The notes under the pieces are model-generated. The model made no database searches. It was not told the DNA's origin and was given only the letters and a program-made list of their open reading frames with translations. Both the position numbers and the translations under genes were made by a program. Positions 39,157 to 48,712 of a stretch of DNA of 64,000 nucleotides are shown piece by piece (position 1 is the first letter of the stretch; each line of letters opens with the position of its first letter). Source of the stretch: a virus (Duplodnaviria; Heunggongvirae; Uroviricota; Caudoviricetes); the IMG/VR virus record IMGVR_UViG_3300032605_000010; one strand, given 5' to 3'.

Positions 39157-39566
39157 ATTACTTCTCTCTTAAATGTTGATAAATCGCTATTAGAATAATC
39201 ATAAAAATTTAGCGAAATTGTAGAATACCCTTCATTAATTTTAACTTCGATAACTGGAGCAACATCATCAAAATATGCAGAAATTCTGTTGAAGTTCTTT
39301 TGATTTTTAGTTAATTTTTCAGCTTTCTTTTTAGAAGATCTAACATTTCCGAATTCCGGATTAACCCATGTTAGTTTATTTGGATCATTTGATAAATCAA
39401 GGATATTTCCAGTAGAATCAACAACATAATCGCCATTAGGAGGACTCCAAGATTTCTTTTCTAACTCTACCAATTCTTCTTTTAAAGAAGATAAAAGAGT
39501 TGTTTTTTCTTTAATAAGTTCTTGTGTTTCTTGTATCTTTTTATTTAATTCTTCAAATTTTTCCAT
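39150..39566 (-). CDS. hypothetical protein with N-terminal coiled coil
   Basis: 138-aa ORF. Confidence 0.4.
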   Translation of the reverse strand: MEKFEELNKKIQETQELIKEKTTLLSSLKEELVELEKKSWSPPNGDYVVDSTGNILDLSNDPNKLTWVNPEFGNVRSSKKKAEKLTKNQKNFNRISAYFDDVAPVIEVKINEGYSTISLNFYDYSNSDLSTFKREVIC

Positions 39567-39826
39567 TAAAACTCCAAATATATTGGATGCGTTTCACCAG
39601 AACTATTGCTATTAAAATCAACCCAAAGAGATTTTCTTGACATACAAAATCCAACTTCTAATTCTGAATAAATTTTTGGATCAAGAATTAATATGACATC
39701 ATCATATAATTGTTGAAGAACTTCTTTTGTTAATTCTAAACCAAAATATCTTGTGATGATAATTGTTTCTATCTTATTTATTGTATCAATGTCATTCGTT
39801 ATTGAATGGCTTGTTTCAATTTTCAT
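39566..39826 (-). CDS. hypothetical protein
   Basis: 86-aa ORF, coupled. Confidence 0.4.
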   Translation of the reverse strand: MKIETSHSITNDIDTINKIETIIITRYFGLELTKEVLQQLYDDVILILDPKIYSELEVGFCMSRKSLWVDFNSNSSGETHPIYLEF

Positions 39827-40104
39827 TTTACAAAATAAAGAATACTTAATATAACAATTATAATAGCTTCAAGAAATGAAAATACTTGCCAAGCTATAAT
39901 TCTGTCAGCTAATTGTCTAATTGTGTCAAATAATTCTTCTTTTGTATTTGTATAAACTGTATGCAATTCCCTATATTGCTGTTTTAGAGAATCTACTCTA
40001 TTTTCATGATCTTCACATTTAACCCACTTTCCATCGTTAGATTGTTCCATTGGACCAAAATATCCAAAACCTTGTGTATACCGTTTAATCATTTTTATCT
40101 CCAA
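39823..40104 (-). CDS. hypothetical protein with C-terminal TM anchor
   Basis: 93-aa ORF. Confidence 0.4.
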   Translation of the reverse strand: MEIKMIKRYTQGFGYFGPMEQSNDGKWVKCEDHENRVDSLKQQYRELHTVYTNTKEELFDTIRQLADRIIAWQVFSFLEAIIIVILSILYFVK

Positions 40105-40408
40105 AATATTCTGTAATTATTTTTCTACAAATATCTATGCCATGTTGTCTACCAACTCTATAATGCTCTGCCTTAGAATACATAGGATCTAAAACAAAAT
40201 CTGATTCATGAACAGGTTTTTTTGCAATGTTATATTCGGTTTCTATTAACTCTAGACATTTGGAAATAATATCATCAGAATATTCTTTAATTTTTTCTGC
40301 TCTTGGACATGGAACATATAATGTTTGTACTACAGAATCAAATTCTTCAAGAACGCCATGCCACAATGCCATATCTAAAAGATTTTCATTTATTTCTGAT
40401 TTTTTCAT
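40085..40408 (-). CDS. hypothetical protein
   Basis: 107-aa ORF. Confidence 0.4.
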   Translation of the reverse strand: MKKSEINENLLDMALWHGVLEEFDSVVQTLYVPCPRAEKIKEYSDDIISKCLELIETEYNIAKKPVHESDFVLDPMYSKAEHYRVGRQHGIDICRKIITEYFGDKND

Positions 40409-40695
40409 ACAACCACATTAAATTGTTTTAATTCATTTTCCAATCGATCATGGAAAGATTCTTCGCCATCGTCTCCAGATAATAACCAATCAATTCTTTG
40501 TGCATATACTTCTGCCAATCTTAAAATATCAACTGCCATTTTGAATTGATATATAGTTTCATCAGAATAATCTCTGCCTCGTTTATCGCCATACTCATCA
40601 ATTTCTTCTGATTTATTGTGGTAAATAAAATCTTCAATTGAATCTGCTATTTGACCAATTTTATATTGGTCATAATCAAATTGCCCGCCAGACAT
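40405..40695 (-). CDS. hypothetical acidic protein (start reassigned to internal ATG with GGAGG RBS)
   Basis: GGAGGAAAAATAATG context at 40695. Confidence 0.4.
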   Translation of the reverse strand: MSGGQFDYDQYKIGQIADSIEDFIYHNKSEEIDEYGDKRGRDYSDETIYQFKMAVDILRLAEVYAQRIDWLLSGDDGEESFHDRLENELKQFNVVV

Positions 40696-40863
40696 TATTT
40701 TTCCTCCAAATAGCATTTGCGCATTATATAATAATGTTCAACAACAAGAACGATTATACCTGCCATTACAAATAAAATCAACCATTGGTTAACGAAACAA
40801 AACATAGAAACTACTAATATAAATAACACAACATCAAGAATACCAACAAAAAACTTTTTCACA
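40696..40863 (-). CDS. small membrane protein (GTG start, ~55 aa)
   Basis: Hydrophobic ORF between promoter 40893-40929 and next gene. Confidence 0.3.
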
Positions 40864-40892
40864 ATTTTCTCCAAAAATTTAAAATATAAATT

Positions 40893-40929
40893 ATTATACC
40901 TTAATCATATTAAAATAACAAGCACTTTT
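40893..40929 (-). promoter_or_regulatory. early promoter TTGTTA-N17-TATAAT
   Basis: Minus strand AAGTGCTTGTTATTTTAATATGATTAAGGTATAAT. Confidence 0.55.
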
Positions 40930-41091
40930 TATCTATTTCTTAATCTATTTAACATTGCTTTATTGTCTTCTTCTTCTAGAAGAGAGTAAAGTATTTTTGT
41001 TGAAATTTCTATAAATTCTTCCATCTCTGTTTCTGATAACAAAGTTACTTTTTGAATTGTATACAATTCGTGATACCGTTTAATTAAAACA

Positions 41092-41286
41092 TCATGAACA
41101 TTCATATTCTAAAACCCCATCGTTATAATTTTTTTTAGTTTCTGGTTCTGGATGTTTTGCAATTTTCCAGTTAGAAAATGCATCATCATGTAAATTTAAA
41201 GGTGTTATTGGATTCTTGCGAAGATAATCTATTTTCGCACAATAATCCTCGCAAGCTTTTCCGCGAATGAAATAATTTTTTTGCAT
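41092..41286 (-). CDS. hypothetical protein
   Basis: 64-aa ORF. Confidence 0.35.
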   Translation of the reverse strand: MQKNYFIRGKACEDYCAKIDYLRKNPITPLNLHDDAFSNWKIAKHPEPETKKNYNDGVLEYECS

Positions 41287-41313
41287 AATGTCTCCTAGTT
41301 AAAGGAGTATATA

Positions 41314-41637
41314 TTAATCCCAATTATATTCTTTTTCAAAATAGGAAAACATTTCTTCTTCCGTGTATATTTCGTAGTTTCTTTCTGCATCTACTCCTCG
41401 TACAATAACAAAAGGAGTCATATCTTCATAGAGAAAATAATCAATATCATCAAGCAAAATTTTGTCTGTAAATAATGCTGACATCAAAGCATTAACTTCA
41501 ACATAATACGATTCAATATATTCGTTATCAAAAAATGCATCTCGAATAGAACTAGGAACAGATTTAATAAAGGTATCTCTATTTTCTTTTTCTCGCAATA
41601 GAGTTGAAAAAAGATCTTTAAATGTATCAAATTTCAA
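41314..41637 (-). CDS. hypothetical protein
   Basis: 107-aa ORF. Confidence 0.4.
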   Translation of the reverse strand: MKFDTFKDLFSTLLREKENRDTFIKSVPSSIRDAFFDNEYIESYYVEVNALMSALFTDKILLDDIDYFLYEDMTPFVIVRGVDAERNYEIYTEEEMFSYFEKEYNWD

Positions 41638-41791
41638 AATTTTGCTCCAAAAAATAAATCTGCTACAATTAATAACAAAGCAAAAATTATAGTTGCGGAT
41701 ATATATTGGATCTTTTCTAATCTTACTTTTAATTCGTTTATGTCATTCTGTAGAGCAATAATAAAACGATCTTTATCTAGAAAATTCATAT

Positions 41792-42058
41792 TTAAATCCA
41801 ATTTAAAATTGAAATTCCAACAATCAAAAATAAAACTGCTGATAATCCAGCAATAATATTTTGTTGCTTAGATAGCTGATCTTCGTATTCTGCTCTGATT
41901 TTATCATCGCTACAACACGATGATTCCCATTTACGCTCTGCTGATTTATTAGCATCCAGTAAAGCCAGAGAATAGGACTCAAACGTAACCCAATGCCCAA
42001 ATTCGTTTAATTCCATTTCTGGAATACCATTTTTACCATTCCACCGTTGTATTTTCAT
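41792..42058 (-). CDS. hypothetical protein with C-terminal TM
   Basis: 88-aa ORF. Confidence 0.4.
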   Translation of the reverse strand: MKIQRWNGKNGIPEMELNEFGHWVTFESYSLALLDANKSAERKWESSCCSDDKIRAEYEDQLSKQQNIIAGLSAVLFLIVGISILNWI

Positions 42059-42060
42059 CT

Positions 42061-42291
42061 TTAATACCTTAATGTAATATCTTCAAAAAAATCTGCAGAA
42101 GAAATTTTTAATTTTTTGCAAGTAAATTCTTCTTTGGAATAATATTCTAGAAATAGGAGGAACTCGCGCATATGAGCTTCGTCTAATTTCACTTGTTGTG
42201 CTAATATAACATTATCTCGATGAAAAACCCAGCTAGGTAATTGTGGTGCTGATTCATCTAAAATAATATGTTTACTGATTTCTAATATCAT
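42061..42291 (-). CDS. hypothetical protein
   Basis: 76-aa ORF. Confidence 0.4.
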   Translation of the reverse strand: MILEISKHIILDESAPQLPSWVFHRDNVILAQQVKLDEAHMREFLLFLEYYSKEEFTCKKLKISSADFFEDITLRY

Positions 42292-42303
42292 TGTTATTTC
42301 CTA

Positions 42304-42765
42304 TTACCATGAACTTCTATAACTAAATTCCCATATATAACCTTCACCTGATTGATTTATTAAATACATTAATCTATCTCTGGTTCTTTTTAATGAGTCG
42401 ATAAAATAGTCATCAATTTCTGTAGAACCAAAAAAGAATCCACTAGTTGGGGGTAATAATTCAGGAATTTTTTTTGGTTTCTTAATACATGTTTTTATAA
42501 CCTTTAAAAGTTCCTGTAACTTTTCTATAGGAACATCGTATTCTCTACAATCATCTATACCGTATTGAACATTTTTCACAAACCAATTATGTATCGCGTT
42601 CGCCTTTCTCCAATACATTGCCTCAGTAACTATATATTGAAGATTCCCCATCCCATCCCGAATATCTTTTGTTATTTCTTGAAGTTGTTTACTTACTTCT
42701 TTTGTATCTTCACTATATTCCGAAACATATCGTTTCGCATGTAAATATGAATCTAAACCCATCAC
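42304..42765 (-). CDS. hypothetical protein
   Basis: 153-aa ORF. Confidence 0.4.
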   Translation of the reverse strand: MMGLDSYLHAKRYVSEYSEDTKEVSKQLQEITKDIRDGMGNLQYIVTEAMYWRKANAIHNWFVKNVQYGIDDCREYDVPIEKLQELLKVIKTCIKKPKKIPELLPPTSGFFFGSTEIDDYFIDSLKRTRDRLMYLINQSGEGYIWEFSYRSSW

Positions 42766-42779
42766 ACACCTCCCATAAT

Positions 42780-43232
42780 CTATCCTAAAAAAACAAAATG
42801 ATTACATCTTCCAGCAAAAATTTGATAAAGTTTATATTTGTCATTATCTGTAATATAAGATGCATTATCTACCCATATAATATCAAAATCTGATCTTCCT
42901 CTAAGTTTAAGATCATCAGGACGTATATCTCCAATACTAAAAGCTGTTGGTGTTCTATAGGAAGGATTAAAAAAATTTAATTTTGATTGTAAATCTCTAG
43001 CCAGATTTGACTTAGTTGATATTACAATATCATTCTTACCAGCATTTCTAGCAATCAACATTGTTTTACCACACTGTCTTCCTGGATTATATTCTACAGT
43101 TTGATACTCACACGAAAAGTGTATTTCTGATAAGTAACTTTTAGCAGAAACCATTCGTTCTTGGGTTAGTATATTAAGTTTAATCATACTTGAAACAATA
43201 TCATGTAACATATTAGGTATTTCGTTTCTCAT
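42780..43232 (-). CDS. small P-loop NTPase-like protein (Walker A GRQCGKT, Walker B-like IIWVDN)
   Basis: GRQxGKT resembles Walker A of terminase large subunit ATPases, but protein is only 150 aa. Confidence 0.35.
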   Translation of the reverse strand: MRNEIPNMLHDIVSSMIKLNILTQERMVSAKSYLSEIHFSCEYQTVEYNPGRQCGKTMLIARNAGKNDIVISTKSNLARDLQSKLNFFNPSYRTPTAFSIGDIRPDDLKLRGRSDFDIIWVDNASYITDNDKYKLYQIFAGRCNHFVFLG

Positions 43233-43244
43233 TATATTTCCTTT

Positions 43245-43520
43245 TTATAAATTACAAACGTATTCAGTTATTGTGTGTTGTTTTCTTCCTTGCCCTTTAA
43301 TTTCTTCTCTAAACTCGCCTGTTGATAATGAACCCAAGTTAGATAAACTTAGTTCTAATTGTTTAGAATGGAAACAAGCATTTTGATAATTTTTAGTTTC
43401 TATATCATATTCAAATTGGTCATTAGTTCTATAAATTGATCTAATTTCAAGTTCTGCCATTGAGTCTGCATATACAGAGTTAACAAATAATAATATCATA
43501 ACAAATAATAGTTTATTCAC
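43245..43520 (-). CDS. secreted hypothetical protein (signal peptide)
   Basis: MNKLLFVMILLFVNSVYA signal. Confidence 0.4.
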   Translation of the reverse strand: MNKLLFVMILLFVNSVYADSMAELEIRSIYRTNDQFEYDIETKNYQNACFHSKQLELSLSNLGSLSTGEFREEIKGQGRKQHTITEYVCNL

Positions 43521-43531
43521 AATAAATTCCT

Positions 43532-43837
43532 CTAAATTTTAATTTTTTCCATTCTATATAAATTAATTTCTGCTAATATTTTGTTAGTTTCTGCAATAGA
43601 AGTATATGAACCATGATCCCATTCTAAATCATATTCGTAAATCTGATTCCTTGATGTTTTATCTTTTGAATCGAGTGCAATCAAACGATTGGGTTCATCA
43701 ACAATAAAGTCAAATTCATTAGGATAATAGTCTTCGTTATTATCCCATTTGATCATGTATTTGCCAGTATCATAATGGGCTTTTACTTTCTTTGCCCATT
43801 TCAATACATTGTTCCATCTAGCTTCGTATACGTTCAT
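43532..43837 (-). CDS. hypothetical protein
   Basis: 101-aa ORF. Confidence 0.4.
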   Translation of the reverse strand: MNVYEARWNNVLKWAKKVKAHYDTGKYMIKWDNNEDYYPNEFDFIVDEPNRLIALDSKDKTSRNQIYEYDLEWDHGSYTSIAETNKILAEINLYRMEKIKI

Positions 43838-43845
43838 CTAATATC

Positions 43846-44025
43846 TCACAAATCTTGCAAAAACTTATAGAATTCATCAGCAAGTGCCTGTTCACCTTTC
43901 CACTCTAAAAAGTCATGAATACAACTACCAGTCATATAGTTTTGAGGACCATACCATTCATCCGCGTCTGGATTAACAGTTTTTATGAATTTCTTCAAAT
44001 CGTTTAAATTGATTGTTGTATTCAT
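43846..44025 (-). CDS. hypothetical protein (start reassigned to ATG with GGAG RBS)
   Basis: Avoids 74-nt overlap with 44063..44293. Confidence 0.4.
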   Translation of the reverse strand: MNTTINLNDLKKFIKTVNPDADEWYGPQNYMTGSCIHDFLEWKGEQALADEFYKFLQDL

Positions 44026-44062
44026 TTTATCTCCACGTTTAAATATCTTGTTCAATAGAGGG

Positions 44063-44293
44063 TTACAGAACATATTCTCTACCATCCTTACACAAATATG
44101 TAGTTTTTGCAGGAATTTCTGTGAAACTTCCACCAAGGTTTGGGTTATATATTAATATTGATTCGGTTTTATCGATTACTGCACATTCATTATCTAATAT
44201 AAACCTTTCTTTGTCTTTGATTTGAAGCCATGCCCCATACACGATTCCCAACATGATAATAGCAGCAGTTGCCCAAAAATATTTCTCTTTCAT
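44063..44293 (-). CDS. membrane-anchored hypothetical protein
   Basis: 76-aa ORF with N-terminal TM. Confidence 0.4.
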   Translation of the reverse strand: MKEKYFWATAAIIMLGIVYGAWLQIKDKERFILDNECAVIDKTESILIYNPNLGGSFTEIPAKTTYLCKDGREYVL

Positions 44294-44322
44294 TTTAAAT
44301 CTCTTTCAATTAAGTATAAATT

Positions 44323-44358
44323 ATTATAACTATTATAGGAATATATGTCAAGCACTTT
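44323..44358 (-). promoter_or_regulatory. early promoter TTGACA-N17-TATAAT
   Basis: Minus strand AAGTGCTTGACATATATTCCTATAATAGTTATAAT. Confidence 0.6.
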
Positions 44359-44361
44359 TAA

Positions 44362-44390
44362 ATGAAAAATGGGAGCCGAAGCTCCCATCT
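44362..44390 (-). terminator. rho-independent terminator on minus strand
   Basis: ATGGGAGC-cgaa-GCTCCCAT 8-bp stem followed on minus strand by TTTTTCATTT. Confidence 0.6.
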
Positions 44391-45005
44391 ATAACTTGTT
44401 CTGTTGCCAAGTAAGTCAAACTCCGACAGTCTCTGTTTTTACGCAGCTAAAGTCAAATTGAAGTATTCGTCATTTGCAGATACTTAGTTTATGCCGATTA
44501 GGTCGGTCATCTTACCTGTTGCCTTCTCCACTATTTCACCCTGTCGAAACCTGTCATCCCCATCAGAAACACAATAAGCCTCCGGACTCAAACCAGCTTG
44601 GTTTAAAGGATGTGCCTCACTCATTGTGTTTTTGGTGGAGATGTCGACATATGATAGTCGAGTCCAGAATGCCTTCGCTTTAAAGGAATTACAACAATAA
44701 AATATATACTGTTACATTAACTAGGATTGGGTTCAGGTGTTATCGCCAGTCAGGGTGCTCAATACACATTTTATTGTTGTAAAACACACTACCTAGTTTT
44801 AACTTATGGTGTAAGGATTTCGCCTACCATTGTGGTAATGTGTTTAACAAAATTAACTATCGTATATTATATAGTTACGGTCTGTTGACAACTAGACCGT
44901 AGAAATACATTTAGCGGTAAGAGTGAGTCGTACCAAACCACCAATCAATTCAACATTTCTGTGTAATTCTCTCACTGCCCTTTCGGGTAAATGTATTAAT
45001 TCTAT

Positions 45006-45275
45006 TTAGTATTCATCAACGGAATGCCCAACCAATTTATCTAATTTAAATTGAATTTGTTCAGCATTTTTCTCCGCTGTTACAGCCCAATAATTTGCTG
45101 CAGAAGCTCTTGTAGCAGCATCTAAGGCAGTTAATTTAGCTTCTAATGCAGTAGTTTGGAGAGCCACCACAGGAGTTTTTAATTCATCAACTTGACTTTG
45201 TAATGATGCTACATCTTTAGTTGATGCACAAGCTGTTAAATAAATTAAAAATACTACTAATACTAATTTTTTCAT
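45006..45275 (-). CDS. Lpp (Braun lipoprotein)-like coiled-coil lipoprotein
   Basis: Signal peptide + lipobox LTAC, 89 aa, heptad-repeat helical body. Confidence 0.5.
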   Translation of the reverse strand: MKKLVLVVFLIYLTACASTKDVASLQSQVDELKTPVVALQTTALEAKLTALDAATRASAANYWAVTAEKNAEQIQFKLDKLVGHSVDEY

Positions 45276-45659
45276 TTATGATTTCCTATATTAAAAACTT
45301 TATTTATTCAAAAATTTTATTTATATATTCATCTTAACCCACACAGTAATATAGTATCATTTACAGATAAGTTATGTTCTAATGCTTTTGTAGTGCATTC
45401 CAATTGTCTATGCTCTTCATAGACAATTGCTCCAATAAAAATACCTACAATAATAACCATAAAAATCCCACCAATCAAAGTATCTTTATCCATGTTTACT
45501 CACAGTAAAAGTTAATTTCAATATCAGGATTCATGTGTTTCAAATCCTGCGTTATTTTAGTACCAAGTGCCTGACACAAAGGTACTTTTAGATTCGGCAC
45601 AATAATAGAATCTACGTTATGATTATACAGCGACTTCAGACTATAGATCAATACTAATG

Positions 45660-45950
45660 TTACCATTTTATCCATCCCTTTGGTTTTTCAGGTTTAACCA
45701 TCTGATTAACATATTCGATACCATTCATACCATCAACAGTAATTGTCACCTTGGCATAATGTAGATCCATATCATGATCAGGGTGGAATTTATCTTTATG
45801 ATATTCAGGATCATGAAATATGTCCCAAAGTTCTTGAAACTCTTCTTTAGTCAAATCAATAGAGTTCAATAACATCCATTCTTTCTGCGCCAGAGTATTT
45901 AACTCGGCGAGTAATGGTGAATCAAATACTTTTTTATATATCGGAGTCAT
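45660..45950 (-). CDS. hypothetical protein
   Basis: 96-aa ORF. Confidence 0.4.
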   Translation of the reverse strand: MTPIYKKVFDSPLLAELNTLAQKEWMLLNSIDLTKEEFQELWDIFHDPEYHKDKFHPDHDMDLHYAKVTITVDGMNGIEYVNQMVKPEKPKGWIKW

Positions 45951-45951
45951 G

Positions 45952-46161
45952 TTAACTCTCCAATATAGATTTAAGGTCAGAGATTATTTGTGTATCAGAT
46001 AGGTTTACATTATCCAAATAGAACCTAATATCAGAAATGATTGCTAGTAACTGTACATTCAATAATATTGATTGTTCATGGTTAAGATCAACATTAACCT
46101 CATCTCTTGTCAAAGAGTTAAGATCATCGTCTAATAAAAACTTATTAATTATTTCATTCAT
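45952..46161 (-). CDS. hypothetical protein
   Basis: 69-aa ORF. Confidence 0.35.
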   Translation of the reverse strand: MNEIINKFLLDDDLNSLTRDEVNVDLNHEQSILLNVQLLAIISDIRFYLDNVNLSDTQIISDLKSILES

Positions 46162-46358
46162 TTTAAGTCAGCCACACTTTCGTAAAAACGATTCATTAAA
46201 AAACGGTATAAGTCTAACGGATTATCTTCGGTAAACTCATTTTCTACTGATTCTCTAATTAGCATATAGAGTTCAATAATGTGTAAATGACGCCAAGGTC
46301 CTTGTTTTACTTGCTTTTTGAATATTCGTTTTAAGAACCACCTTTCAAATCTATTCAT
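46158..46358 (-). CDS. hypothetical protein
   Basis: 66-aa ORF. Confidence 0.35.
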   Translation of the reverse strand: MNRFERWFLKRIFKKQVKQGPWRHLHIIELYMLIRESVENEFTEDNPLDLYRFLMNRFYESVADLK

Positions 46359-46368
46359 TATTTAATCC

Positions 46369-46659
46369 TCAAAATGGAATACAATCTGGGTCACCACAAA
46401 GATAAGGTTGATACCCACCAACATATTGTACATTTTCTTGTGTTTTACATACACTACATCTTGGTTTATTCCATTCCTGATATGCCTCTTCAAATAATTC
46501 AGGTTCGGCAATTACCGACCAATGACCAGAACAATCCGAACTATAAGATAATTCTTCCCATACTACATCAGTAAATCTTCTAAACTTTGATGATTTAAAC
46601 TCTGGATCATCAAATTCAATTTCTTCATATACTCGTTTTCCAACGCTTGATATTTTCAT
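46369..46659 (-). CDS. hypothetical Cys-containing protein
   Basis: 96-aa ORF; CSVC...CGDPDC. Confidence 0.4.
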   Translation of the reverse strand: MKISSVGKRVYEEIEFDDPEFKSSKFRRFTDVVWEELSYSSDCSGHWSVIAEPELFEEAYQEWNKPRCSVCKTQENVQYVGGYQPYLCGDPDCIPF

Positions 46660-46931
46660 TATTCAATTCCAAAATAGTCTTTAACCCTAAGATCAATAGT
46701 ATCCGCTAAGTAATCATCCAAAGCATACTGTACTTCATCACGAACTACCTCTAATGTTTCCTTAATAATCAACTCAGTAAATGGAGTTAATATTTCTATA
46801 AGACGCTTATCGTTTACATGTCTTTCCTGTTCAAATAATTCTTCATTAGTTACATATGAAATGTCTTGATATTCATCATAACGATGATGAAAACCTGCTT
46901 TTTTAGCAAGTTCTAATAATCTAGTGTTCAA
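46659..46931 (-). CDS. hypothetical protein, paralogue of 58753..58965 (C-terminal YFGIE)
   Basis: Shared MN..LLELA N-terminus and YFGIE C-terminus. Confidence 0.45.
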   Translation of the reverse strand: MNTRLLELAKKAGFHHRYDEYQDISYVTNEELFEQERHVNDKRLIEILTPFTELIIKETLEVVRDEVQYALDDYLADTIDLRVKDYFGIE

Positions 46932-46944
46932 TTATTTACTCCAA

Positions 46945-47538
46945 TCAATTAAATTCAATCCAACCAGTCATAATATACTTAGATCCAGATAAAGGAGGAT
47001 TCCCTCTATGTGTCCAAGGATAATTTGGCGGAAATATAAGCAATTTTCCCATTTTAGGTTTAATTCTTTTAGAAAGATATAAAAATTCTGTTTCACCACC
47101 ATCCTCAATATCATTTAAATATAAAAGATATACACCTATTCTATTAGAAGCGATCCTGCTTGTATCTTCACAATGCCAAGAATGATACCCTTGAGTTGGT
47201 TCTGTTTTTTGTATTTTATATTCAAAAATTGTACGATTACCATACGATGACAAAGTGCTATATTTTTTTGAATAATCTTTGTAGCAAAAATTCCAAAATG
47301 TATTATTAAATTCTTTTAAAGAATCTCCAAGATAATCAATTGAAAATGCAATTTCTTTTGTTGATTGTTCTGTTAAATAAATTGCTGAATCTGATCTTAG
47401 AGATTCTTCATTATTTCTATAAAATACCCTATTATTATCTGAACACCATTTAAATGTATTGATTAAATTTTTACAAAATTGTTCTGAGAAAAAATTATCA
47501 TATATTCCAATAAAATTATCATATTCTACATTTTGCAT
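46945..47538 (-). CDS. 2OG-Fe(II) oxygenase (prolyl-4-hydroxylase-like)
   Basis: HSWHCED (HxD) facial triad element and C-terminal FPPNYPWTHRG...YIMTGWI block. Confidence 0.65.
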   Translation of the reverse strand: MQNVEYDNFIGIYDNFFSEQFCKNLINTFKWCSDNNRVFYRNNEESLRSDSAIYLTEQSTKEIAFSIDYLGDSLKEFNNTFWNFCYKDYSKKYSTLSSYGNRTIFEYKIQKTEPTQGYHSWHCEDTSRIASNRIGVYLLYLNDIEDGGETEFLYLSKRIKPKMGKLLIFPPNYPWTHRGNPPLSGSKYIMTGWIEFN

Positions 47539-47770
47539 TAGTTAATTCCCTTGTCAATTCATCAATTTTTTCTTGTAAACCATATTCACGGTCTAAAAGT
47601 ATCTCAATTTCTTCTTCTAATTCTTCAATTGAACACGCATAATTATATTTGCAATCATTAAGATCTTTTATATCATCTAACAATTCATAAATTTTGTTTA
47701 CCAATTGTTCAGGAAAATCTCCAAAATGAAGCATTTCTTCTAAACTAAAATTGCTTGGAAATTGTTCCAT
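47519..47770 (-). CDS. hypothetical acidic protein
   Basis: 83-aa ORF. Confidence 0.4.
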   Translation of the reverse strand: MEQFPSNFSLEEMLHFGDFPEQLVNKIYELLDDIKDLNDCKYNYACSIEELEEEIEILLDREYGLQEKIDELTRELTNAKCRI

Positions 47771-47801
47771 GTCATTTCTCTCAATTAATTAAGTATAAGC
47801 T

Positions 47802-47838
47802 ATTATAACCGATTAAGATTTAAAGATCAAGCACTTTT
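47802..47838 (-). promoter_or_regulatory. early promoter TTGATC-N17-TATAAT
   Basis: Minus strand AAGTGCTTGATCTTTAAATCTTAATCGGTTATAAT. Confidence 0.55.
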
Positions 47839-48177
47839 TTTATAAATTATTTCATAATTTTTATATTTTAATGACTCATTCAATCTCATAGCAATAACCT
47901 CACAGTCATATTTTCCACCTCGCCATTCCTCTTCAATTTTTGCTTGACGAATAGCTTCTTCTTTTGTAGAAAATGAACCAACAACATAGCTATGATTATG
48001 CTTATCACCAAACCTATATGCAGTTACTATGTAAATGTTATTCCCATCAGGTTCCGATAGATATTTTGAAATTTCCTCTATAAGAATACCACGTTTAATC
48101 GCATCTTGCCTATGTTCGATTATATGATGGGCTTCTTCAAGACATTTTAATGCCCTTTCTAATAATTCTCTGTTCAT
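47827..48177 (-). CDS. hypothetical protein
   Basis: 116-aa ORF. Confidence 0.4.
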   Translation of the reverse strand: MNRELLERALKCLEEAHHIIEHRQDAIKRGILIEEISKYLSEPDGNNIYIVTAYRFGDKHNHSYVVGSFSTKEEAIRQAKIEEEWRGGKYDCEVIAMRLNESLKYKNYEIIYKKSA

Positions 48178-48416
48178 CGCATGCTATAATCATTTAAATA
48201 TTGAGTAAATAATTTATAAACTTCTCCAGCATCTTCTATTAGAGTTCCTTTATAAATTAAACCATCTTTTGTGATTTGTAAAATCATTTCTTTACCAATA
48301 ACAAAATTGATTGTGGTGTGTTCAATGTTAGCAGGGTAAAATGCTAAAGCCAATTTACTTTGATATTCAGGAGCATTGGGGTGGTAATGGTCAGCCATCA
48401 ATTCATTTAAGGTCAT
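48174..48416 (-). CDS. hypothetical protein
   Basis: 80-aa ORF. Confidence 0.4.
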   Translation of the reverse strand: MTLNELMADHYHPNAPEYQSKLALAFYPANIEHTTINFVIGKEMILQITKDGLIYKGTLIEDAGEVYKLFTQYLNDYSMR

Positions 48417-48430
48417 TTAATTTTCCTGTT

Positions 48431-48712
48431 TTATAAATTTCTGCTATTTCCCAAGCATAACCATATAGTTTCATAATTTACTCCAAAATGTTGTTTAATC
48501 TGTTGAGCCATATCCCAATACTCTGGTCTAACTCCAGTTTGGCTAGGCGCAAAATCAATCCAGTCTGTCCCCTTTGCTATAATCTGTTCAGCGCATTCAT
48601 TTACAATCAACTCGGCAAACTTTGTTGGGTCTAATACAGTTTCACAATATGAATAATCACCAACCGTTATATAACTTCTAAGAGCTAATTCTTTAATTAA
48701 TTCACTATTCAT
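48431..48712 (-). CDS. hypothetical protein, paralogue family with 50925..51233 and 58025..58297 (KFAELIVxEC motif)
   Basis: Shared motif. Confidence 0.45.
   Translation of the reverse strand: MNSELIKELALRSYITVGDYSYCETVLDPTKFAELIVNECAEQIIAKGTDWIDFAPSQTGVRPEYWDMAQQIKQHFGVNYETIWLCLGNSRNL

Noticed and set aside
44396-45005. tRNA genes or group I intron in the ORF-free region
   Set aside because: No GTTCGAnTC T-arm, no cloverleaf with acceptor stem found on either strand by eye; not inside a coding gene so not a classical intron; left as unclassified candidate ncRNA
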